A stretch of 64,000 nt of DNA from an uncultured Gammaproteobacteria bacterium (lineage in GTDB: Bacteria; Pseudomonadota; Gammaproteobacteria; JACCXJ01), in contig CAVXTM010000018.1 of NCBI GenBank assembly GCA_963764725.1, positions 352,001 to 416,000 of the forward strand, in the 5' to 3' direction. Positions 56,538 through 64,000 of the stretch are shown one piece after another (positions within the stretch are counted from its first letter, which is position 1; the number at the start of each line of letters is the position of its first letter). The position numbers and the translations under genes are program-made. The notes under the pieces were generated by a model. The model did not search any database, was not told the origin of the DNA, and worked only from the letters and a program-made list of their open reading frames with translations.

Positions 56538-57518
56538 TCACGTTCGCCGCGTCCGCAGCCCCGGATTCAACGCCTCCCGCAGTCCCTCTCCCACCAGGTT
56601 AAAGGCCAAAACCACGATGAGGATAGCGAACCCGGGTGTAAAAAAAAGCCACGGCGCATCGAAAATGAAATCCTTGCCGTCAGCGAGGATATTTCCCCAG
56701 GTGGCGTAGGGCGGCTGTACCCCGAAGCCGAGAAAGCTCAGCGCCGACTCGGTCAAGATCGCCGAGGCCACGTCGATGGTCGCCGACACCAGCACCGGCG
56801 CCATCGCGTTCGGGAGCATGTGCCGAAACATGATGCGGATCTCGGGTACACCCAGCGCTTGGGCCGCCACCACGAAGTCACGCTCGCGCAGGGACAGAAA
56901 CTCGGCCCGTACGAACCGGGCCGTGCCCGTCCAGCTCGTCAGCCCGATGACGATCATGATGTTGTATATGCTCGGCGGCAAGAGCGCGACCACGGTCAGA
57001 ATGAGGAAAAAGGTCGGGAAGCACATCATGGTATCGGTAAACCGCATGATAAAGGTATCCACCGTGATGATGCCGAGCCGCAGATTTCCGTAAAACCCGG
57101 CAAGCGCGCCGAGCGCGGTGCCGATGAGCACCGAAATGCCCACGGCGACGAACCCGATTGAGAGCGACACAAAGGAGCCTTGCAACATGCGCGCGAATAC
57201 ATCGCGGCCAAGCTCGTCGGTGCCGAGGAGATAATGGCCGAATACGGGACTATCCCGCGCGGGCATCGTGCCTGATGCAGCCTCGGAGAATGGAGGTTTG
57301 AATTTATCCGGTAAGCGAATCGTTTCCGTGTCGAACACCACCCACCACTCGGTTAACACCTTTCCGGCGATTGCCAACCCGAGCAGGATCAGGATTACGA
57401 CGGCGCCGGCCGCGGCCAGCCGGTTTTGCCAAAACGTAGGCCAGAACGCCGGGGCCTCACCGGCCAGATCCGGCGCTAGGGCCTCGGCGGCAATGCTTTG
57501 CGGTTGCGCGCTGCTCAC
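56538..57518 (-). CDS. Peptide/nickel ABC transporter permease (OppC/DppC-like)
   Basis: LGTDELGRD, EAA loop (DFVVAAQALG), ESALSFLGFG. Confidence 0.92.
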   Translation of the reverse strand: MSSAQPQSIAAEALAPDLAGEAPAFWPTFWQNRLAAAGAVVILILLGLAIAGKVLTEWWVVFDTETIRLPDKFKPPFSEAASGTMPARDSPVFGHYLLGTDELGRDVFARMLQGSFVSLSIGFVAVGISVLIGTALGALAGFYGNLRLGIITVDTFIMRFTDTMMCFPTFFLILTVVALLPPSIYNIMIVIGLTSWTGTARFVRAEFLSLRERDFVVAAQALGVPEIRIMFRHMLPNAMAPVLVSATIDVASAILTESALSFLGFGVQPPYATWGNILADGKDFIFDAPWLFFTPGFAILIVVLAFNLVGEGLREALNPGLRTRRT

Positions 57519-57520
57519 GG

Positions 57521-58483
57521 TTACTCGATCTGAATGCGCGGATCGGCGAATAGGTACAAGATGTCCGCGACGAAGGTGCCGATGAGCGTCAGCACCGCAG
57601 CGATGAAGTTCAAGGTCAAGATCACCGGGAAATCGCGCGCCAAGATGGCTTCATAACCCAGGCGGCCGATGCCCGGCCAAGCGAAGATCTGCTCGAAGAT
57701 CACCGAACCGCCGATCAAGCCCGGCACCAGAAAACCGAACATGGTGACGAAGGGCAAGAGCGCATTGCGTAACGCGTGGCGGTAGATGACGACGTCCTCG
57801 GGCAGCCCCTTGGCACGCGCGGTGCGCACATAATCTTGGCCGATGACCTCCAGCATTTGCGAACGCACGTAACGCGAAAGGATCGCAATCCCCATCACGG
57901 CCGACATCAGCGCCGGGATGGCCAGATGCCAGAGGCGATCCATCCATTGGAAAACGGGTACGGCCTCGCCCATTCCGAAGGTGCTCATCCCGATCACCGG
58001 TACGTCGAGCGTATCGACGACACCGAGGATCACCAGATAGGAGAGAAAAAATCCGGGTATCGAAATTAGCGTATAGGACAGAAAGGTCGTCGAGCGGTCG
58101 AAAGGAGAGTCCCTGTGGACCGCCGCGTGGATCCCGGTCGGGAACGACAAGCCCCAGACAATCAATGTGGTGAGCAGAAACAAGGGCAAGGAGTTCAAGA
58201 GACGCTGGCCTATCTTCGGCAACACCGGCTGGCTGTCCTTAAACGACTTCAAATCACCGGACGCGAGATCCCGCAGCCAGTAGATATACTGCAGGTAGAG
58301 CGGATCGTCGAGATGAAACGCGGCCCGGATGCGCGCGATGTCCTCGGGTTTCATGCGCGGGTTCGAGGGGTCCACTTCACTCGGCTCGCCCGGCGCGAGA
58401 TGCACCACGGAATGCGCGAGGATCGAGACGAAGACGAGCAGAATGAGACGTTGCCAGACGTTGCGTAAGATATAGGCCCACAT
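57521..58483 (-). CDS. Peptide/nickel ABC transporter permease (OppB/DppB-like)
   Basis: DYVRTARAKGL...HALRNAL, EQIFAWPGIG, RDFP, DPRI. Confidence 0.93.
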   Translation of the reverse strand: MWAYILRNVWQRLILLVFVSILAHSVVHLAPGEPSEVDPSNPRMKPEDIARIRAAFHLDDPLYLQYIYWLRDLASGDLKSFKDSQPVLPKIGQRLLNSLPLFLLTTLIVWGLSFPTGIHAAVHRDSPFDRSTTFLSYTLISIPGFFLSYLVILGVVDTLDVPVIGMSTFGMGEAVPVFQWMDRLWHLAIPALMSAVMGIAILSRYVRSQMLEVIGQDYVRTARAKGLPEDVVIYRHALRNALLPFVTMFGFLVPGLIGGSVIFEQIFAWPGIGRLGYEAILARDFPVILTLNFIAAVLTLIGTFVADILYLFADPRIQIE

Positions 58484-58503
58484 GGCTTATCGTTCTTGAA
58501 ATA

Positions 58504-60612
58504 CTAAAACTCGGGAGTAAACGCCAATTTACGCCACTTGTTAAAATAATAGGAAATCGTGCCTCCCTTGGTCGGATAGATCTTTACATACCGTTCCTGG
58601 TCTTTTGCGTCGCGCTCGACGATGACGATCTTCTTGTCCAACACCCGCGTGACGCGCGGTGTATAAAGAAAATTATAAGGTTGATCCTCGTGGATGATCC
58701 GGTGCAGCCGATGGGCAAGCGCGCGTTGCCGCTCGAGATCGTATTCCTGGCGGATGCGGATGATCAGCCGATCGGCCTCGGGATTGTTATAGGCCACAAA
58801 ATTAAGCTGTTTCGGTCCGGACTGGCTGGAATGAAAGATCTGGTATAGATCCGGATCGAGCGGCGGAGTGGTCCACCCCAGGACCACGGCGTCGAACGCG
58901 CCCTTGTCCACGAAATCTTCCAAGAACACCGCCCATTCGAAATATTGAGTGTTGCATTTGATGCCGATTCTCTTCCAGGCATTCTGGGCGATGGTCATGA
59001 TATTCTTGCGCGCGGGATTGCCACTGTTGGTGATCAAATTAAATTCGAAGACGGTCCCGTTTTTCTCCAGCCATCCTTCGGCGTTCTTGCGCCAACCGGC
59101 CTCTTCCAGCAGGCGCAATGCGGCGGCGGGATCGTAAGTCAGAGGCTGCACCGCGGGATCGTACCAGGGAGTCTCCTTGGGAAAGGGACCGGTGGTGCGC
59201 TCGCCTTGGCCATATAAGAGGTAGCGGATAATTTCGTCCACGTCGATAGTCATGCCGAGGGCCCGGCGCACCCGCGGGTCCGCGAACAGCGGCTTCCGCA
59301 AGTTGTACCCGATGTAGCTATAGCTCAAGGCGAGGCTCGAAAACGACTGATAGCTGTCGTCCTTTAGATACCGGGCCACTTGATGAGGCATAGCCCCGTA
59401 GTAGTCGACGGCACCGGTACGAAACTCCACCTCCTGAGTTAAGGCGTCGGGAATGATGCGCAAATAGTAGTCTTCGAACTCGGGCCGGCCCTCCCAATAA
59501 TCGTCATTGCGTTCGAGGTGGATAAATTCATCGCCTCGCCACTCAACAAACTTAAAGGAACCGGACCCGATCGGATGCCGATTGAAGCGGTTCTCACGCA
59601 TGCCGAAGGCCGCGCGCGCCGCCGCGGACAAGTTTTCGGTTTCCGCCTTACGCACCTCTTCGCTCAAGAGGTGCTGGGGCAGGATCCCCATCGTCCAGGC
59701 GTTGATCGCCGGGGAATGCAGCCGCTTGTAGGTGACCTTCACGCTATGGGGATCGGGGATCTCGATCGACTTGATCGGCTCGAAGTCGGAAACGCGCGGG
59801 GAGAGATTCTTAGGATTCATGATGGCATCATAGGTAAATTTCACATCCCGCGCGGTCACCTCTGTGCCATCGTGGAACCGGACACCGCGGCGGAGGTGGA
59901 ACAGGATCACCGGGTTATGCTCCGCGATCGGAAGGAGTTCCGCCAGATGGGCCCGTAGTCGATCCGCGGTAACCGGCTCGTTGGGGTGTATATACTTTTC
60001 GTGGGGAAACCCGTCGAGATAGCCTGATCCCAAGATCGGATTGAGGCGGGTAAAAAAATCTTGGTCCACCCGGCTTAACGAAAACCGGAGGCGCTCCGGA
60101 ACCTCGATCCTCACCGCCAGTTCCGAAACTTGTCCCTCTGCTTGCGGTAACGCCACGGTCTCTGCGCGCGTTTCAGGATGCAACACGTCGATAGCCCGTA
60201 GTAATCCTTTCAAGCCACCGCGGCCGCTGCGATCGCGCGCGTCGAGAATACGCTTTTTAAGCTCGGCAGCGGAAACCGGCGTTCCATCCGGTAAGCGCTT
60301 GTCCGGACGCACGATTAAATACGCTTGTTCCGTGATCGCCCAGTCCGTGGCCAAACGGCCTCGGAGTTTGAGATCTTCATCCGCGCCCAACAGGCCCTCG
60401 AACACATAGTCGGTGATGCCGCTGCTGACGGTGTCCGCGTTGAGGATCGGGTTTAGGATCTTGGCATCGGCGGCCGAAGCTTCGATATACTTAAGCAAGC
60501 GCTTGGGATTGCCGGTGGTTTGCTGATCATAGGTGGGTACCCAGAAATAGGCCTGTAGCAGCGCCACGAGCAGCACCGAGGGAACGGCCAGGAGCCAGTG
60601 TCTTAACGCCAT
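58504..60612 (-). CDS. Peptide ABC transporter substrate-binding protein (family 5) with an inserted segment
   Basis: LRRGVRFHDG...DVKFT, PIGSGSFKF, DPRVRRAL. Confidence 0.9.
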   Translation of the reverse strand: MALRHWLLAVPSVLLVALLQAYFWVPTYDQQTTGNPKRLLKYIEASAADAKILNPILNADTVSSGITDYVFEGLLGADEDLKLRGRLATDWAITEQAYLIVRPDKRLPDGTPVSAAELKKRILDARDRSGRGGLKGLLRAIDVLHPETRAETVALPQAEGQVSELAVRIEVPERLRFSLSRVDQDFFTRLNPILGSGYLDGFPHEKYIHPNEPVTADRLRAHLAELLPIAEHNPVILFHLRRGVRFHDGTEVTARDVKFTYDAIMNPKNLSPRVSDFEPIKSIEIPDPHSVKVTYKRLHSPAINAWTMGILPQHLLSEEVRKAETENLSAAARAAFGMRENRFNRHPIGSGSFKFVEWRGDEFIHLERNDDYWEGRPEFEDYYLRIIPDALTQEVEFRTGAVDYYGAMPHQVARYLKDDSYQSFSSLALSYSYIGYNLRKPLFADPRVRRALGMTIDVDEIIRYLLYGQGERTTGPFPKETPWYDPAVQPLTYDPAAALRLLEEAGWRKNAEGWLEKNGTVFEFNLITNSGNPARKNIMTIAQNAWKRIGIKCNTQYFEWAVFLEDFVDKGAFDAVVLGWTTPPLDPDLYQIFHSSQSGPKQLNFVAYNNPEADRLIIRIRQEYDLERQRALAHRLHRIIHEDQPYNFLYTPRVTRVLDKKIVIVERDAKDQERYVKIYPTKGGTISYYFNKWRKLAFTPEF

Positions 60613-60750
60613 CGGCTAACTTTTGCGGAGCCGCGGACCCCGGGGAATCGACGGCGTAGCTCGAAGACCATGGCTTGTATATGATAGCGCTAGGTGCGCA
60701 GTAACCGTGTAACAGCCGTAAAGCGCCATCAAGCTTAGGGTAATGTTTAA

Positions 60751-61533
60751 ATGGGATTTCTTGACGGAAAACGGGCCTTAATCGTGGGGGTCGCCAGCAA
60801 CCGTTCGATTGCCTGGGGGATCGCCAAAGCAATGCGACGCGAGGGTGCGGAGCTTGCGTTCACGTTTCAGAGCGAGCGTCTGAAAGAAAGAGTCGAGGAG
60901 CTCGCCGCCGAATTGGGTTCCACCATCACCGTCGCGTGCGACGTCGCCAGTGACACCGAGATCCAAGCGCTGTTCGAACATTTGGATGACTATTGGGATC
61001 ACCTCGACATTCTAGTGCACGCGGTCGCCTTCGCGCCACGGGAGCAGCTTGAAGGCCACTACCTCGACACCGTCACTCGCGATGGTTTCCGCGTCGCGCA
61101 CGAGGTAAGCTCATATAGTTTTTCCGCGCTTGCCAACGGGGCGCGGGGGATGATGAACGGCCGACAAGGATCTCTCTTAACCCTGACCTATCTCGGCGCC
61201 ATCCGCGCCATGCCTAATTACAACGTCATGGGGATCGCCAAGGCGAGCCTCGAGGCGAACGTAAGATACATGGCGCATAGCCTCGGCCCCGAGGGAATTC
61301 GTGTCAACGCGATTTCCGCAGGCCCCATCAGGACCCTTGCCGCCGCGGGCATCACGGGATTCCGTAGGTTCCTCGATCACGTCGAGAAGACCGCGCCTCT
61401 GCGGCGCAATATCACGATCGACGAGGTTGGAAACGTTGCCGCGTTTCTGTGTTCGGATCTCGCCTCGGCAATCACCGGCGAGATCACGTACGTCGATGGC
61501 GGCTTTAATATCGTCGGAATGGGGAACGTCTGA
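60751..61533 (+). CDS. fabI: Enoyl-ACP reductase (NADH)
   Basis: [35 protein letters not shown]. Confidence 0.97.
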   Translation: MGFLDGKRALIVGVASNRSIAWGIAKAMRREGAELAFTFQSERLKERVEELAAELGSTITVACDVASDTEIQALFEHLDDYWDHLDILVHAVAFAPREQLEGHYLDTVTRDGFRVAHEVSSYSFSALANGARGMMNGRQGSLLTLTYLGAIRAMPNYNVMGIAKASLEANVRYMAHSLGPEGIRVNAISAGPIRTLAAAGITGFRRFLDHVEKTAPLRRNITIDEVGNVAAFLCSDLASAITGEITYVDGGFNIVGMGNV

Positions 61534-63429
61534 TCATAAGTTTTCGGAAAAAATCGCGATATCGGCATGCCGCCGTAAATCGCTCATGAGATCCTGCCAC
61601 TCCTGGTTACTCGTATTGCGGAGGAGCTCGTCCTTTAATTGCTTACGCCTCTCTGCGTCCACGGACGCTGCCTTATCAACGTCCAACAGCGCGATGAGCG
61701 CATAGTCCCCGCTGTCGAGCACGCTACCACCATAACTAGCCTTGCCCTCGTTTGGCCGCGGTAACTGGAAAGCCATCCGCCGCAGAACGTTATCGACGCT
61801 GGCATCATCGCGGCCGAGCTTCTTCTCCACCCATTTTAAACCTTCCTTGGATGCAAGTTCCTCGCGGCCTTCGCCGCTTTTCAAGCGTTGCAATAACGCC
61901 TCACCTTGCGTTTTCGCCGCCGCCTTGGCCTTATCCGAGGAAATAGCTGCCTTAATGTCGTTCTTCACCTCGTTGAGAGGCCGCAATTTTGCCGCTCTAT
62001 GCTCTTTCACGCGGATCACGACGATATGATTGTCACCGAGCTCCAACGGCTCGCTATTCAAGCGCTCCTCTAAGACCTCGGGACTGAAGGCGGCATCGCT
62101 GACCTTCTCATGCGCGCCGATCCCTTCGCCTCCGGTACGCCCGAAGTAAGCGCTCTCTTGGACCTTCAATCCCGAGCTTTGCGCGGCGACATCCAGCGTA
62201 TCGGGATGCTCGTAGACGAGTGTCTCGATTTTCTCGCTCAAATCGAAAAACCGCCGTTCGGCTTGCTCGTTGCGGTAGTTTTTTTCGATCTCTTCGCGAA
62301 CCTCTTCGAACAATTTTGTCTTGCTTGCCTTAATGCCGTCCAAGCGGATCAGGTGAAATCCGAAATCGGTCCGCACCACGCCCGAGATCTCTCCCGGTTG
62401 CAGCGCGTAGACGGCCTCCTCGAACGGCGGCGCCATCACCCCACGCTGGAAGAAACCGAGATCACCCCGCTTTGCTTTCGACCCGAGGTCCTCGGAATAC
62501 TTCGCGGCAAGCTCCTCGAACAATTCACCCTTCTTTATTCGCTCCGCCAGCGCTTCGATCTCCTTGCGGGCTTTACTAACCGCTTCCTGACCGGCCTCCT
62601 TCGCGACCTTGATCAAGATATGATGCGCCCGGCGCTGCTCGGGCAGCGAATAGGCTGACTTATGCTCGTCGTAGTACCCACCGAGCGCATCCGGCGTCAC
62701 CTCGATCTGCTTGGCAATCTCCTCGAGTGACAGCTCGAGGTAGGCAATCTTCACTTGCTCTGGGGTGGTATGCGTCTCGGCTTCACCCTTATAACGCCGC
62801 GCAATCTCCTCGTCACTGACTGGCAGCGACGATTGCAACGGCTGCGCGGCAATGATCGCATAGGTGATCAAACGCGTTTGGCTCTTGATTTCAGCGACGC
62901 GATCAATTTCACGCTTGGTTACGAAGGAGGTGTCGATCACGGCTTTGCGAATCTGGTCGCTCAACAGCTCACGCCGCAACTGCTCCTCAAACGTAACCGG
63001 TGACATCCCCGCGCTCTGTAACCCCCGCTCGTAAAGATTATTGGAAAACTTACCGTCTCTTTGAAACGCGGGAAAGGTTTTCACCGCCTGGGTAACCTGT
63101 TGATCGCTGATCCGAAGACCAAGCTTTTCTCCAAGTTGTTTTTTGAGCAGCATCTCCACCATTTGATCGAGCGTTTGCTGTTTCAGTCCATCTTCGTTTG
63201 CTTTCTCCGATAAGCGCCCAAGGATCATTTGGTATTGCTTACGGTATTGCTGGTAGGCCCGCTGGAAGGCGTCTAATTCAACCTCCTCGCCATTGACCTC
63301 CGCCACCGCGACGTCCTCGGCGGCTGTCAAGTATTCCTGGATCCCCCAGAACGCAAACGGAATGCAGATCAATCCGATGATGATCCACGCGAGCCAGCCT
63401 TGAGCGCGATCATGAATGCTTTGTAACAT
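61534..63429 (-). CDS. ppiD: Periplasmic chaperone/parvulin PPIase PpiD
   Basis: N-terminal TM (IPFAFWGI); parvulin AHHILI...YSED...GDLGFF...FGFHLI; hupB-tRNA-ppiD synteny. Confidence 0.92.
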   Translation of the reverse strand: MLQSIHDRAQGWLAWIIIGLICIPFAFWGIQEYLTAAEDVAVAEVNGEEVELDAFQRAYQQYRKQYQMILGRLSEKANEDGLKQQTLDQMVEMLLKKQLGEKLGLRISDQQVTQAVKTFPAFQRDGKFSNNLYERGLQSAGMSPVTFEEQLRRELLSDQIRKAVIDTSFVTKREIDRVAEIKSQTRLITYAIIAAQPLQSSLPVSDEEIARRYKGEAETHTTPEQVKIAYLELSLEEIAKQIEVTPDALGGYYDEHKSAYSLPEQRRAHHILIKVAKEAGQEAVSKARKEIEALAERIKKGELFEELAAKYSEDLGSKAKRGDLGFFQRGVMAPPFEEAVYALQPGEISGVVRTDFGFHLIRLDGIKASKTKLFEEVREEIEKNYRNEQAERRFFDLSEKIETLVYEHPDTLDVAAQSSGLKVQESAYFGRTGGEGIGAHEKVSDAAFSPEVLEERLNSEPLELGDNHIVVIRVKEHRAAKLRPLNEVKNDIKAAISSDKAKAAAKTQGEALLQRLKSGEGREELASKEGLKWVEKKLGRDDASVDNVLRRMAFQLPRPNEGKASYGGSVLDSGDYALIALLDVDKAASVDAERRKQLKDELLRNTSNQEWQDLMSDLRRHADIAIFSENL

Positions 63430-63552
63430 CTTGCCGAAACGACCTCGTAGGAATGATATGGAAACAGCCGGCTGACGGTACTCCAATCCTCACGGTGAAA
63501 TCCAACTATGCGGGAATTGGCGCAACCCGAGCGGGTTGCGCTGCACGGAGGT

Positions 63553-63629
63553 TGGCGGAGTGGACGGGACTCGAACCCGCGACCCCCGGCTTGACAGGCC
63601 GGTATTCTAACCAACTGAACTACCACTCC
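63553..63629 (-). tRNA. tRNA-Asp (GTC)
   Basis: GGAGTGGTAGTTCAGTTGGTTAGAATACCGGCCT-GTC-AAGCCGG...GGTTCGAGTCCCGTCCACTCCGCCA, 77 nt. Confidence 0.97.
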
Positions 63630-63648
63630 GGCGCTGAGCAACGGGCGC

Positions 63649-63724
63649 TGGTGGGTGCTGAGGGGTTCGAACCCCCGACCTTCGCCTTGTAAGGGCGACG
63701 CTCTCCCAACTGAGCTAAGCACCC
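63649..63724 (-). tRNA. tRNA-Val (TAC)
   Basis: GGGTGCTTAGCTCAGTTGGGAGAGCGTCGCCCT-TAC-AAGGCG...GGTTCGAACCCCTCAGCACCCACCA, 76 nt. Confidence 0.97.
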
Positions 63725-63734
63725 ACGGTGCCGA

Positions 63735-64000
63735 TTAGTTTACGGCATCCTTGAGGCCCTTTCCAGGCTTGAATGCCGGGATTTTCGACGCCGCGATTTT
63801 TATGGTTTCTCCGGTGCGGGGGTTGCGGCCCGCGCGCGCCGCCCGCTTGCGCACGGAAAAGGTGCCGAAACCAACCAAGGTCACTTCGTCGTTCTTTTTT
63901 AGCGCCTTGGTGATTGCATTAACCATCGCGTCCACCGCGCGGCCCGCCGAGGCCTTGGGTAGATCGGCGGATTCAGCAACCACGTCGATTAGATCAGTTT
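63735..64000 (-). CDS. hupB: DNA-binding protein HU, start just outside window
   Basis: [14 protein letters not shown]...LVGFGTF...GRNPRTG...[14 protein letters not shown]. Confidence 0.95.
   Translation of the reverse strand, partial: TDLIDVVAESADLPKASAGRAVDAMVNAITKALKKNDEVTLVGFGTFSVRKRAARAGRNPRTGETIKIAASKIPAFKPGKGLKDAVN

Noticed and set aside
63553-63724. tRNAs as integration sites for an island
   Set aside because: No integrase or duplicated tRNA 3' end was seen, and the hupB-tRNA-ppiD order is ordinary.

Overview
Chromosomal window from a GC-rich proteobacterium, most likely a gammaproteobacterium, judged from the fadE, clpB, fadIJ, fabI and ppiD-tRNA-hupB backbone. Accessory modules, many decayed genes and small repeats are interspersed. 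(1) At ~29.2-40.6 kb is a module resembling the Agrobacterium VirA/VirG regulatory system, with no T4SS or T-DNA genes. It has a VirA-like hybrid kinase, a VirG-like regulator, a lone periplasmic binding lipoprotein and three copies of a phased vir-box-type promoter. These promoters face two paralogous Cys-containing secreted proteins, an alpha/beta hydrolase and a secreted beta-helix/RTX protein. (2) At ~2.7-9.4 kb is an AHL quorum-sensing island: luxI, luxR, two lux boxes and a pseudo-receiver gene coupled to luxI. It is interleaved with one intact and three broken fadL-like genes and bracketed by a 40-bp direct repeat of cobS sequence. (3) Other features are tandem RoxA-like dihaem cytochromes c, an orphan ZorA/ZorB-like pair, a RES-Xre toxin-antitoxin locus, MITEs, and a secreted decapeptide-repeat protein missing from the ORF track. 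All calls come from reading the sequence and recalling motifs; no database searches were run.
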